Shown here: positions 31,503 through 43,734 of the stretch, in pieces | Layout: each line of letters begins with the position of its first letter | Position numbering within the stretch: position 1 is the first letter of the stretch | Source of the DNA: an uncultured Eubacterium sp. | Lineage (GTDB): Bacteria > Bacillota > Clostridia > Oscillospirales > Acutalibacteraceae | NCBI GenBank assembly: GCA_905234995.1 | Contig: CAJOJV010000001.1 | Location: forward strand, 39,458-103,457 | DNA: 64,000 bases | Direction of reading: 5' to 3' | The notes under the pieces: generated by a model | Seen by the model: only the letters and a program-made list of their open reading frames with translations | What the model was told of the DNA's origin: nothing | The model's database searches: none | Program-made: the position numbers and the translations under genes

Positions 31503-32511
31503 TGATTTCACCTGCCTTTTCCCTGATATATGCGGCAATTACGTTTGCAGTGCTTTCAACATCCTTTATATCAATAACTTCAACGGGCGTGTGCATATAT
31601 TTAAGCGGAATTGAAACGAGCCCGCATTTAACACCGCTCTCGCTGATTGAAATCACATCCGCGTTTGTTCCCGTTCTGCCGTTCATAATCTCTTTTTGAT
31701 AAGGGATGGAAGCTTTCTCTGCAGCACTGACAAGCCCACCGGAAATACCGCTGTCAAGAATCGGCGAAATGCCAATCATTGCACCCTTAGAAAGCTCGCC
31801 GCATTCCTCTTTCTTACAATCCGGAGTATAACCAAAGGAAACGTCAACTGCAATAGCCTCGTCGGCATTTTTGCCGTATGGTCCGACTTTTGCACCTCTG
31901 GTGCCGACCTCCTCCTGAGAGGAGAACATTGCTGTAACCTTTACAGGCAAATTCTTAACCGCGTCAAGTGCAAGAATTATTGCGGCACAGCCTGCTCTGT
32001 CATCAAGGCAATTTGATGAAATCCTTGTGCCGAGAAGCTCTGTAAAGTAATGAGCAAAGGTTACTCTGTCACCAAGAGAAATAACCTCTTCAGCCTCTGC
32101 TTTTGACATTCCGATATCAATTGCAATTTCGGAAATTTCGGGAACCTTATCCTCATCATCATCCTTCTGAAGATGCGGAGGCAGCGTTGAAATAACGCCC
32201 CTAACCTCTCTTTTACCCCAAACCGAAACCTCTGAGGCAAGCAGCAAGCGCCTGTCTATTCCGCCGCAATTTGAGATTTTTAGAAATCCGCCGTCAGTAA
32301 TCTCAGTTACAATAAAACCGATTTCATCCGTATGTGCGTCAAGCAGAAAATGATAACCCTCGCCGACAGTGCAGAATAAGTTATTCATATCATCCGTGTA
32401 TACCTCGCCGATTGGCTCAAGTATTTCACGAAGCACGCTTTGCAAATTTTCCTCAGCTCCCGAAACCGCAGGAACTGCAACAAGCCTTTTAATTAATTCA
32501 AGTGTATCCAT
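31495..32511 (-). CDS. M42 family peptidase (paralog)
   Basis: 338 aa with the same M42 motif series (AVSGAE, HTDEIGF, LDDRAGC, SQEEVGTRGA). Sits in tandem with the previous gene. Confidence 0.9.
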   Translation of the reverse strand: MDTLELIKRLVAVPAVSGAEENLQSVLREILEPIGEVYTDDMNNLFCTVGEGYHFLLDAHTDEIGFIVTEITDGGFLKISNCGGIDRRLLLASEVSVWGKREVRGVISTLPPHLQKDDDEDKVPEISEIAIDIGMSKAEAEEVISLGDRVTFAHYFTELLGTRISSNCLDDRAGCAAIILALDAVKNLPVKVTAMFSSQEEVGTRGAKVGPYGKNADEAIAVDVSFGYTPDCKKEECGELSKGAMIGISPILDSGISGGLVSAAEKASIPYQKEIMNGRTGTNADVISISESGVKCGLVSIPLKYMHTPVEVIDIKDVESTANVIAAYIREKAGEINA

Positions 32512-33942
32512 TTAATCATCAAATCCATTCACTAATTCTTTAAATTTTCTGCCCCTGTATTCAAAGGTTTTAAACTGGTCAAACGCAGGGCATGCGGGGC
32601 AAAGAGAAACGATATCTCCGCTGACTGCCTTATCCTTGGCAATCATTAAAGCATTTTCCATTGTGTCCGTTTTAATAACCTCAATGCCGCTGTCCGCAAA
32701 ACCGTCCGCATTAACGACAGCATCGTGGATTTTATCTGCTGTAGCGCCGTTAACAATCAGCAGCTTAACCTTTTCAAGAATAAGCGGCGCCATCTGGCTC
32801 ATATCGTTGCCCTTATCAGAGCCGCCGCAGAGCATTATAATCTTTTGGTCGAAGGCTTTAAGTCCGCTAATAACTCTTGACGGCGAGGTTGCAATTGAAT
32901 CGTTATAATACTTAACTCCGTTGAACTCGCGAACGAATTCAATTCTGTGCTCGACTCCGCCGAAGGTTCTTGCAACCGAAACAATATCCTCAACCGAAAC
33001 CAAGCCCCAAACCGCGGTTATTGCAGTGCAGTAGTTTTCAACGTTATGCATTCCGGGAATAATAATATCCGATTTATTCATAACGTAGGTTTCGTTGCCG
33101 TTATCGGCAAAGACTATATCTCCGTTTTCATTCATATAAGCGCCGTTTTCAACTGGATGCTTAATAGAAAACTGATAAAGCCTGCCCCTGACGTCAAAAC
33201 GCATATCGTGATAAACCCTGCCGCAGATTGAATAATCGCAATCCGCATTTAAAACCGTTTTAGCGCTTGCAGACTGATAAATAAGAATATTTCTCTTTGA
33301 ATCAACGTATTCATCGAGGCTGATATGATGGTCAAGATGTGTGCTCTCAATATTCGTAACAACGGCGATGTCAGGTTTATTAACCATATTGCCCATTGTG
33401 AGAAGCTGGAATGAAGAAAGCTCAACAACAGCAAAGTCGTCTGACGTGATATTTTCAAGCTCAGGCATCAGCGCTTTGCCGATATTACCTCCAAGGAACA
33501 CTCTCTTTCCGCTTTTTTCAAGCATCTTGGAAATAAGCGTTGTCGTAGTAGTTTTGCCGTTAGAACCTGTTACAGCGATGATTTTTGACGGGCAGTATTT
33601 GAAAAAGATTTCCATTTCCGTGGTAACTTTCTGCCCTCTTTCAATGCACTCTCCAATCCATTCGTTCTGAAACGGAAGAATTCCGTGCGAACGAAATACC
33701 AAATCCATATCGGGAAGTACTGAAAGATAATCATCACCGAGGCTGAAATGCACGCCGAGTGCTTCAAGCTCAGCGCAGATGTCGGCGCCGATATAATCCT
33801 TATCCCTCTTATCACAGGCATAAACCTCAACGCCGTGTGAAGCGAACCATTTTGCACAGGGCACGTTTGCAACGCCCATACCGACAAAGGCAACTTTTTT
33901 GCCGTTCAGTTCGTCCAAAAAATTCATAACTTCATTAACCAT
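32512..33942 (-). CDS. murD: UDP-N-acetylmuramoylalanine--D-glutamate ligase
   Basis: 476 aa. N-terminal Rossmann motif GMGVANV and Mur ligase P-loop TGSNGKTTTT. Length and C-terminal domain are typical of MurD. Confidence 0.9.
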   Translation of the reverse strand: MVNEVMNFLDELNGKKVAFVGMGVANVPCAKWFASHGVEVYACDKRDKDYIGADICAELEALGVHFSLGDDYLSVLPDMDLVFRSHGILPFQNEWIGECIERGQKVTTEMEIFFKYCPSKIIAVTGSNGKTTTTTLISKMLEKSGKRVFLGGNIGKALMPELENITSDDFAVVELSSFQLLTMGNMVNKPDIAVVTNIESTHLDHHISLDEYVDSKRNILIYQSASAKTVLNADCDYSICGRVYHDMRFDVRGRLYQFSIKHPVENGAYMNENGDIVFADNGNETYVMNKSDIIIPGMHNVENYCTAITAVWGLVSVEDIVSVARTFGGVEHRIEFVREFNGVKYYNDSIATSPSRVISGLKAFDQKIIMLCGGSDKGNDMSQMAPLILEKVKLLIVNGATADKIHDAVVNADGFADSGIEVIKTDTMENALMIAKDKAVSGDIVSLCPACPAFDQFKTFEYRGRKFKELVNGFDD

Positions 33943-33953
33943 ATTAACAACTC

Positions 33954-34783
33954 CTAATGAATGTTGATTATATCCGCAGTTAATTCATTAACCGTGGCGG
34001 TTTTTAACTTCTCTTCAAGCTTTTTTTGATAATCAAGCTTATCAATTACCTTAAGATCGTCCGAAAGAGGCAATTCAGCAAGCTGAGCATAATTTACAAT
34101 CATTTGCTGGCATTTTGTTTGCTGATTACCGAGATAATATATCTTTCCGTCAGACGGCTCGACTATTGCAATTGCGACTCTAATCTGCGCTTTTCTTCCA
34201 AGCGAAGCAATCAGCTTTGATAACGATATTGCGCTTTCATCTGCTTTATCGGTAACAAACAGCATCACGCCGCTGCCTTTTCTTTTAAGCGTGTGATACG
34301 TAATATCGTTTACGACTGAATCAAGATAAGCAATAACGTCATTACGGTCAAGCTGTTCAACCGCCGCACAGTAAATAAATTCCGTGCGCTTATCTGCATA
34401 AAAGCTGAAATCAAGCTCGCAGAGCTCAATATCATTTTTGATTGAATACATTGAATTGCCAAGCCTTTCAGCAACAGCAGAAACATATTCATCTGTTTCC
34501 ATCGGATCGGAATCAATAAGATAATATCCGCAGTCTGCAATCTCATCGGATATATTGTTCAGCACAACGTCACACTTTCCGTATTTAGTGTAATAAAGAA
34601 ACACAAGAATAAGGTTTGCAATAATCAAAGCATCACAGGTATAACTGCAGATAACCGAAGAAGTGGCATTCCATTCATCAATAGTAGGCTTAGCGCCAAT
34701 ATAGAATACTATGAAAAGCACGCCGAATATTATAAAAAATTTCATAAGCGCATAAAGACGCTTTTTCTTAGTTATTAAATCCA

Positions 34784-34784
<1 letters not shown>
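33954..34784 (-). CDS. hypothetical two-TM membrane protein
   Basis: 276 aa with two N-terminal hydrophobic helices and a ~190-aa soluble domain. I recognise no family. Its ATG shares one base with the ligA stop. Confidence 0.55.
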
Positions 34785-36772
<1,988 letters not shown>

Positions 36773-36777
36773 TCATT

Positions 36778-36786
36778 ATTATAACA
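36778..36786 (-). promoter_or_regulatory. extended -10 promoter element (TGtTATAAT) upstream of ligA
   Basis: The minus strand reads TGT TATAAT (36786..36778) just after the tyrS terminator. No good -35 is present, and the implied leader is very short. Confidence 0.35.
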
Positions 36787-36831
36787 AAATTTTAGTTACA
36801 TAACTGTTACAATATATTAAAATATATAAAT

Positions 36832-36854
36832 AAAAAGGAGGTATAAAACCTCCT
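36832..36854 (-). terminator. rho-independent terminator after tyrS
   Basis: The minus strand reads AGGAGGT-tttat-ACCTCCT followed by TTTTTATTTATAT. Stem arms are at 36848..36854 and 36836..36842. Confidence 0.8.
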
Positions 36855-36860
36855 CAACTA

Positions 36861-38084
36861 TTATATTAAAATGAATTTATGGAAAATCTTTTTACCCTTC
36901 TTAACAACAACATCACCGCCGAAATCATCTACCGTCAGTGAGGCAAAGGGCTCTGTGATTTTTGCATCGTTGAGCGTAACACCGCCCTGCTGTATAAGCC
37001 TTCTGCCCTCGCCTCTTGATTTGATAAGTTCTGCTTTAATCATCATATCAAGGATGAGTATGCTGCCCTCTGTGAAATCATCGGCAGATAGCTCCGTCGT
37101 TGGCATATTTTCGCTGTTTGCACCGCCGCCGAATAGCGCTCTTGCAGCCTGCTGAGCCTTTTCTGCCTCCTCGTCACCGTGGACGAGCTTAGTAAGCTCA
37201 AAGGCAAGAATTTCCTTTGCAGTGTTGAGCTGACTGCCCTCCCAGCTTTCCATATTTCTGATTTCATCAAGCGGAAGGAACGTGAGCATTTTGATGCACT
37301 TAATAACGTCCGCATCGTCAACGTTTCGCCAATACTGGTAGAACTCATACGGGCTCGTTTTTTCAGCATCAAGCCATACGGCATTGCCTGCGGTTTTGCC
37401 CATTTTTCTTCCCTGTGAATCAGTTAAGAGCGTTATGGTCATTGCGTGAGCATCCTTGCCGAGCTTCTTGCGGATAAGCTCTGTGCCGCCGAGCATATTG
37501 CTCCACTGGTCATCGCCGCCGAACTGCATATTGCAGTCATAGTTTTTGAAGAGATAATAGAAATCATAGCTCTGCATAATCATATAGTTGAATTCAAAGA
37601 AGGAAAGGCCCTTTTCCATTCTCTGCTTATAGCACTCGGCGCGCAACATATTGTTAACGGAAAAGCAAGTGCCGACCTCGCGAAGAAGCTCAACGTAGTT
37701 AAGGTCAAGCAACCAGTCTGCATTATTAACCATCTGTGCCTTGCCCTCGCCGAATTCAATGAAGCGCTCCATCTGCTTTCTGAAGCACTCTGCATTATGG
37801 TCAATATCCTCACGGGTGAGCATTTTTCTCATATCGGTTCTGCCGGAAGGGTCGCCAATCATAGTCGTACCGCCGCCGATAAGTGCAATCGGCTGATTGC
37901 CTGCCATCTGCAGACGCTTCATAAGCGTTAACGCCATAAAATGACCTGCTGTAAGGCTATCTGCAGTGCAGTCAAAGCCGATATAAAACTTTGCTTTGCC
38001 GGCATTGACCATCTCTCTGATTTCTTCCTCATTCGTTACCTGAGCGATTAAGCCACGCTCAACCAATTCTTCATAAACTCCCAT
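36861..38084 (-). CDS. tyrS: tyrosine--tRNA ligase
   Basis: Class I motifs TAGH (HIGH) and KMGKT (KMSKS), GGTTMIGDPSGRT, and a C-terminal S4-like domain. GGAGG sits 5 nt before the ATG at 38084 (MGVYEEL); the track start at 38096 is a TTG. Confidence 0.93.
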   Translation of the reverse strand: MGVYEELVERGLIAQVTNEEEIREMVNAGKAKFYIGFDCTADSLTAGHFMALTLMKRLQMAGNQPIALIGGGTTMIGDPSGRTDMRKMLTREDIDHNAECFRKQMERFIEFGEGKAQMVNNADWLLDLNYVELLREVGTCFSVNNMLRAECYKQRMEKGLSFFEFNYMIMQSYDFYYLFKNYDCNMQFGGDDQWSNMLGGTELIRKKLGKDAHAMTITLLTDSQGRKMGKTAGNAVWLDAEKTSPYEFYQYWRNVDDADVIKCIKMLTFLPLDEIRNMESWEGSQLNTAKEILAFELTKLVHGDEEAEKAQQAARALFGGGANSENMPTTELSADDFTEGSILILDMMIKAELIKSRGEGRRLIQQGGVTLNDAKITEPFASLTVDDFGGDVVVKKGKKIFHKFILI

Positions 38085-38101
38085 ATTGTCCTCCAATAAT
38101 A

Positions 38102-39763
38102 TTATTTATCAGTATTTAAAAGCTCGTCTGCACTTGCAAGCATTGCATCGGTTATATTCAGACCGCCCATAATTCTTGCAAGCTCTTGCCGCCTGCCATC
38201 GTAATCAAGAGGCTTAATGTGCGTATACGTTCTGCTTTCGTCAAAATCCTTCTGAATAAGAAAATGTTCATCTGCAACAGAAGCGATTTGAGCAGAATGC
38301 GTTACGGTAATCACCTGCGTGCTCTTTGAAACGGACTTTAATTTCAAGCCGATTTTTCTGCTTGCCCTGCCTGATACTCCGGTATCTATCTCGTCAAAAA
38401 TAAGAGTGCCTATGGTGTCGTTAGCGGCAATAACATTTTTGATCGCAAGCATAATTCTTGAAAGCTCGCCGCCCGACGCAATTTTTGCAAGCGGCTTGGA
38501 CGGCTCGCCGACGTTAGTCGAAATCAGAAATTCAACCTTATCATAGCCCGTTGACGATAAATTGCCCTGAGCAAAATTCACGATAAACTGAATTTTGGGC
38601 ATATCGAGAAATTCAAGCTGTTCCTTAACCGCAGCCTCAAATTTGCTTGCGGTTTTCTTTCTTTCTGCTGAAAGCTTCGCGGCAAGAGCAACTGTTTTTT
38701 CATAAGCGCTGTCATATAATGCGTTGAGCTCCTCGAGCTTCTTATCATCATACATAATCAGATCAAGCTTTTCCTTAGCGCTATCCAAAAATGCAAGGAT
38801 TTCCTCTTCGCTTTCGCCGTATTTCTTTTTAAGTTTAAAAAGCAAATCAAGCCTTTCCTCAATCTGCTCACGCTCATTCTCGTCAAAATCAAGGCTGAGA
38901 ATTGCACTTGAAAGCATCAGCTTTGCCGCTTCAAGGCTGTCAACCGCTTTATCTATGCTGCTGATAATTTCAGCGGCATCGGAATTATCATTAAACTCGC
39001 CGATTTCCGAATTAGCAGTGTTCAGACTGAGAATAACTCCGTTAATTTCATCGTCGCCGTTAAGCATAGCAAGCGCGTTATTATAAGCTTTAAGCATCGC
39101 TTCGCTGCTGTCAATAAGCTTTTTACGCTTGGTAAGCGCTTCGGTTTCGCCGGGCTTAATGTCGGCGTTTTCAATCTCTTTAATCTGATATTCAAGCAGC
39201 TCTATATCCTTGTCCTTGCTATCCTCGGATTCAGTTAGAATTCTAAGCTGGCGTCTTATTTTAATCAGCTCCGAAAACTCGGCTTTATATTCATTATAAA
39301 CCGCCTTGTTTTCGCTGAGCATATCAATATAGCGAAAGTGATAATCAGGATTCAGCAGCGCTTGGCTGTCATGCTGGCCGTGAATACTAACAAGCAAATG
39401 TCCGATTTCTTTAAGCACGGAAACCGTGGCAGCCCTGCCGTTAATCTTACAGCTTGATTTGCCTTCGGCAGAAATCCTGCGGTAAAGCAGCAAATCGCCC
39501 TCGTCACAGGAATAGCCAAGCTCCTCAAGGCGCTTTTCAATCTCCGGGTTTACATCGGTAAAAAGCGCAGAAACGAAAGCGTATTCAGCTCCGTGACGCA
39601 CGAGCTCCTTTGAGGTACGCTCGCCTAAAATTGCGTTAATCGAATCAACTACGATGGATTTACCCGCGCCGGTTTCACCCGTTAAAACATTAAGACCGTT
39701 ATTAAATTCAATTTCGGCTTTTTCAATAACCGCAATGTTTTCAATATTAAGAGTTCTTAACAT
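38102..39763 (-). CDS. recN: DNA repair protein RecN
   Basis: 553 aa with an SMC-like layout: Walker A GETGAGKS, a long coiled-coil, signature ASGGELSR and Walker B LIFDEID. Confidence 0.95.
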   Translation of the reverse strand: MLRTLNIENIAVIEKAEIEFNNGLNVLTGETGAGKSIVVDSINAILGERTSKELVRHGAEYAFVSALFTDVNPEIEKRLEELGYSCDEGDLLLYRRISAEGKSSCKINGRAATVSVLKEIGHLLVSIHGQHDSQALLNPDYHFRYIDMLSENKAVYNEYKAEFSELIKIRRQLRILTESEDSKDKDIELLEYQIKEIENADIKPGETEALTKRKKLIDSSEAMLKAYNNALAMLNGDDEINGVILSLNTANSEIGEFNDNSDAAEIISSIDKAVDSLEAAKLMLSSAILSLDFDENEREQIEERLDLLFKLKKKYGESEEEILAFLDSAKEKLDLIMYDDKKLEELNALYDSAYEKTVALAAKLSAERKKTASKFEAAVKEQLEFLDMPKIQFIVNFAQGNLSSTGYDKVEFLISTNVGEPSKPLAKIASGGELSRIMLAIKNVIAANDTIGTLIFDEIDTGVSGRASRKIGLKLKSVSKSTQVITVTHSAQIASVADEHFLIQKDFDESRTYTHIKPLDYDGRRQELARIMGGLNITDAMLASADELLNTDK

Positions 39764-40211
39764 TTAAAGTTTTCTCCAAATTTGCCGTAAAAATTTCGGC
39801 AGCGTATTCATCTCTGCAGAGAACGAATATTGTGTCATCCCCAGCAATCGTGCCGACTACGCCGGACCATTTCATTGAATCAATAGCCGCACAGGCTGCG
39901 TTTGCCATACCCGAAAAGCATTTAATGCAAACGGTATTAAGCGCAAAATCAACGCTGATTATTGACTCAATAAATATGCCGCCCGCTCTGACGGATACGT
40001 CCTCAGCAGACTGCTTTGAGCCAACGGAATATATATATCTCCCCTGCTCGGAAAGCTCCTTAACAAGGCGAAGCTCCTTTATATCGCGTGAAATTGTTGC
40101 CTGAGTAACCTCATAGCCCTCTGCTCTGAGCTTTTCCTGAAGCTCCTCCTGAGTTTCAACAGAGTTTGAGTTGATTATTTCGAGTATTTTCGCCTGTCTT
40201 CTCTTTTTCAT
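39747..40211 (-). CDS. argR: arginine repressor
   Basis: 154 aa. N-terminal wHTH (QEELQEKLRAEGYEVTQATISRDIKEL) and a C-terminal oligomerisation domain (GTIAGDDTIFV). argR-recN adjacency matches Bacillus. Confidence 0.92.
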   Translation of the reverse strand: MKKRRQAKILEIINSNSVETQEELQEKLRAEGYEVTQATISRDIKELRLVKELSEQGRYIYSVGSKQSAEDVSVRAGGIFIESIISVDFALNTVCIKCFSGMANAACAAIDSMKWSGVVGTIAGDDTIFVLCRDEYAAEIFTANLEKTLNVKNS

Positions 40212-41069
40212 TTATACTCTCCCCTCAATTATTTTCTTCTTAACTATTTCATAAAAGTTTTCAGGTTTGATTTTAATCAGCCTTGCCTTGTAATCCGAAA
40301 GTGAAAAGCGTATTACCGCATCATTCGGAATTGCGATAGGCTTATCTCCGTCGCAAGTAAGAATAGCATGATTTGAAACGTCGCTGCTGACTCTCATTTC
40401 AAGCACGCTGCTTGCATTAACCACAATACTGCGCGTCATAAGGGAATGCGGGCAAATAGCAGTAATTACAAATGAGTTTAAATCCGGGCTTAGAATAGGA
40501 CCGCCAGCAGCAAGCGAATAAGCCGTTGAGCCCGTAGGAGTGGAAAGAATAACTCCGTCCGCTCTAACGCTTAACAGCTCTCTTTCCTCGGAATTAATCC
40601 TGAAATCAATTAGCCTTGCAAAATCGCCGCGAGAAGCAACCGCGTCATTAAGACAGTGAGCAGAAGCAATAACCTGATTTCCGTCAATGACCTCCGCTTC
40701 AATCATAATGCGCTCTTCGGTTTTATAATTACCGTCTATTACGTCATTCAGGAGCTCAAGCTCATTTCTCTCTATGGCGCTCAGAAAACCGAGCCTGCCT
40801 CCGTTAATTCCAAGAGCAAGCTTACCGTATATCGCAGCGTTTTTTGCAACCTTAACCGTTGTGCCGTCGCCGCCGATTGCAACTGCAATATCGCAAAGCT
40901 CGTAAAGCTCGGGCTCACGGCAGAAATCATTAGCTATATCGCCTATTATGCATTTATTATTATTTGAAAAATAAACCTTGCAGCCCTTATTGCTCAAAAG
41001 ATTATAAACGTCTCTCGCAATAAGCTCAGTTTCTTTATTTGTTAAATCAGCAATTACTGAGAATATCAT
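40212..41069 (-). CDS. nadK: NAD kinase
   Basis: 285 aa with the GGDGT motif and NAD kinase C-terminal pattern (TPTGSTAYSLAAGGPI). Confidence 0.92.
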   Translation of the reverse strand: MIFSVIADLTNKETELIARDVYNLLSNKGCKVYFSNNNKCIIGDIANDFCREPELYELCDIAVAIGGDGTTVKVAKNAAIYGKLALGINGGRLGFLSAIERNELELLNDVIDGNYKTEERIMIEAEVIDGNQVIASAHCLNDAVASRGDFARLIDFRINSEERELLSVRADGVILSTPTGSTAYSLAAGGPILSPDLNSFVITAICPHSLMTRSIVVNASSVLEMRVSSDVSNHAILTCDGDKPIAIPNDAVIRFSLSDYKARLIKIKPENFYEIVKKKIIEGRV

Positions 41070-41872
41070 AATAATTCCTCGTGAGATTTATTAACTAACT
41101 CATTTGCATTAACAGCCTCGTCAATACAAGGCTCGTTTGACTTCTGAATAAAAAGAAGGTATTCAATATTGCCCTCGGGACCTTTAATGGGTGAAAACTC
41201 CAGCCCAAGAACGGAAAAGCCGTTTTCAAGCGCAAGCCCGATTACTCTTTCAACAACCTCCAGATGAACGCCTAAATCCCTGACAACGCCCTTTTTGCCA
41301 ACCTTTTCCTTGCCTGCCTCAAACTGAGGCTTAATCAGACAAACGGCGTATGCACCGTCTGCAAGAAAAGCATTAAGATTTGGAAAAATATGCCTTAAGG
41401 AAATGAAGGACACGTCTACAGAAGCAAAATCAATCTTATCCTTAATCTCGTTTTCGGTAACGTGCCTGAAATTCGTTCGCTCAAGGTTAACGACGCGTTC
41501 ATCGCAACGAAGCTTCCAGGCAAGCTGGCCGTAGCCGACATCAATTGAATAAACCTTTACGGCGCCGTTCATCAGCATACAGTCGGTAAAGCCCCCGGTT
41601 GACGCGCCGACATCCATACAGATTTTGCCGGTTAAATCAATCGGAAAGCACTGCATTGCTTTTTCGAGCTTAAGCCCGCCGCGGCTCACGTATTTAAGGC
41701 TGCTTCCCCGCACCTCAAGCACGTCGTCCTCTTTAAGCTCAAAGCCTGCCTTATCAACCTTTTGATTATTGACATACACCAAGCCTGCCATAATAATGGC
41801 TTTTGCCTTTTCACGACTCGGCGCATATCCTCCCTCAAAAACGGCAACGTCAAGCCTCGTTTTCTTTGCCAT
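41066..41872 (-). CDS. tlyA: TlyA family 16S/23S rRNA (cytidine-2'-O)-methyltransferase
   Basis: 268 aa. N-terminal S4 domain and an FtsJ-type SAM site DVGASTGGFTD. Confidence 0.9.
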   Translation of the reverse strand: MAKKTRLDVAVFEGGYAPSREKAKAIIMAGLVYVNNQKVDKAGFELKEDDVLEVRGSSLKYVSRGGLKLEKAMQCFPIDLTGKICMDVGASTGGFTDCMLMNGAVKVYSIDVGYGQLAWKLRCDERVVNLERTNFRHVTENEIKDKIDFASVDVSFISLRHIFPNLNAFLADGAYAVCLIKPQFEAGKEKVGKKGVVRDLGVHLEVVERVIGLALENGFSVLGLEFSPIKGPEGNIEYLLFIQKSNEPCIDEAVNANELVNKSHEELL

Positions 41873-43721
41873 TTAATACCTCGTTAATCACGGACTGCCT
41901 GTCCAGCCCATATTTTTCAAGCTGGCGCTTAACGGACGCCTGCTTAACAAATTCATCATTAATTGCAATATGTTTAAAGGAAGCATTAATGCCTTTTTCT
42001 TCAAGCATTTCAGCAAGAACAGAGCCGATGCTGCCTGTTTTTATGCTTTCCTCAAAGAAATAAACGTGTTTTGTGTTCTTTAATTCATCAATAATCTGAG
42101 GATTAAGCGGCTTAACCTTACTAATCTTTATCAGGAAGGTATCGTCAAGCTCTGCATAAGCCTCGTAACAGCTTTTGAACTCCCTGCCGTAACAGATAAT
42201 ACAGCTTGAGCTGCTGTTATTACCGATAACCGCATAGTCAGATTTGTCGTAATTATAAAGCTCGGTAACTGCTTCTGTGCCGCCTCTCGGATACCTGATA
42301 GCCGCAGCTCCCTTATCATGATATATAGATCTGCCGAGCATTAGTGAAAGCTCGTTATAATCAGCAGGTGCGTAAATACTCATATCGGGAACCGTATTAA
42401 GATACGATACATCAAAAATACCCTGATGGGATTCGCCGTCCTCGCCTACAAAGCCCGCACGGTCAATACCGAATATAACCTTTAAGCCCTGCATTGCAAC
42501 GTCGTGAATAAGCTGGTCGTAAGCGCGCTGCAGGAAGGTTGAATATACGGCAAACACCGGAACCATTCCGTTTTTTGCAAGACCGCTTGCGAAGGTAACG
42601 GCATGTTGCTCTGCTATACCAACGTCAAAAAAGCGTTTGGGATATTTTGCAGCAAACTCAGAAAGCCCCGTGCCCTCTGCCATTGCGGCGGTTATACAGC
42701 AAATCCTTGAGTCCTTAGCAGCAAGCTCGCAAAGTGTTTTGCCAAATGCCGCAGAGAAATTTTCGCCGCCGGACAGCGATTCTCCCGTTTCAATATCAAA
42801 TTTGCCGATACCGTGGAACTGAGTCGGATTCTTTTCAGCGGGAATATATCCCTTGCCTTTTTTAGTATTGATATGAATAAGCACGGGATGAGTGTGCGCT
42901 TTTGCAGTTTCAAGCGCAGCAATCAAGCCCTCAATATCGTGCCCGTCAATCGGACCGTAATACCTGAAGCCAAGGTCCTCAAAAAAGGTTGCGTTGTTAT
43001 AAACCTTGCGCCTGATTTTGGCGTTTACAAAGGTGATAAATCTGTTTATCTGACCTCCGAGCATAGGCATACGGCTAAGCGCACGTCTGACTCTTGACTT
43101 GAAGGTGAAATACTTTTTTGAGGTTCTTACCGTGGTCAGATGCTTTGACATTGAGCCCACGTTTTGACTGATGGACATATTATTATCGTTAAGCACGACG
43201 ATAAGATTTCCGCAAAAGCCGTCGCAGCAATTAAGCGCTTCATAAGCAAGACCGCCTGTCAGCGCTCCGTCGCCTATAACGGCAATAACCTTGCCCTTTT
43301 CACCCTTAATTTCCTTTGCCTTGGCAAGACCTATAGCCTGCGAAACGGAAACGCTTGAATGACCGCTTGAAAAAATATCGTGCTCGCTTTCAATCGGTCG
43401 TGTAAAGCCGCTGATTCCGTTCTCAGTGCGCAGAGTTTTGAAGGCTTCCTTCCTGCCTGTAAGGATTTTATGAGTATAGCACTGATGACCGACGTCAAAA
43501 ACGATCTGGTCGTTAGGGCTGTTAAAAACCTTATGGAGAGCAACGCTGAGCTCGACCACGCCGAGATTTGAGGCAAGATGCCCGCCCGTCTGCGATACGG
43601 TTGAAATAAGATATTCCCTGATTTCCGAGCAGAGCTGTTCAAGCTCGGCGTTATTCAGTTTTTTCAAATCCTTGGGATTATTTATATTATCAAGAATAGC
43701 CGTAATATCATCTCTTTTCAT
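41850..43721 (-). CDS. dxs: 1-deoxy-D-xylulose-5-phosphate synthase
   Basis: Motifs GGHLASNLGVVEL, DVGHQCYTHKILTGR and the TPP site IGDGALTGG. The start is ambiguous: the ATG at 43721 (MKRDDITAILDNI) aligns best with known Dxs N-termini, and the track uses TTG at 43775 inside ispA. Confidence 0.92.
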   Translation of the reverse strand: MKRDDITAILDNINNPKDLKKLNNAELEQLCSEIREYLISTVSQTGGHLASNLGVVELSVALHKVFNSPNDQIVFDVGHQCYTHKILTGRKEAFKTLRTENGISGFTRPIESEHDIFSSGHSSVSVSQAIGLAKAKEIKGEKGKVIAVIGDGALTGGLAYEALNCCDGFCGNLIVVLNDNNMSISQNVGSMSKHLTTVRTSKKYFTFKSRVRRALSRMPMLGGQINRFITFVNAKIRRKVYNNATFFEDLGFRYYGPIDGHDIEGLIAALETAKAHTHPVLIHINTKKGKGYIPAEKNPTQFHGIGKFDIETGESLSGGENFSAAFGKTLCELAAKDSRICCITAAMAEGTGLSEFAAKYPKRFFDVGIAEQHAVTFASGLAKNGMVPVFAVYSTFLQRAYDQLIHDVAMQGLKVIFGIDRAGFVGEDGESHQGIFDVSYLNTVPDMSIYAPADYNELSLMLGRSIYHDKGAAAIRYPRGGTEAVTELYNYDKSDYAVIGNNSSSSCIICYGREFKSCYEAYAELDDTFLIKISKVKPLNPQIIDELKNTKHVYFFEESIKTGSIGSVLAEMLEEKGINASFKHIAINDEFVKQASVKRQLEKYGLDRQSVINEVLNGKENEA

Positions 43722-43734
43722 CAGGAGATTAGCT

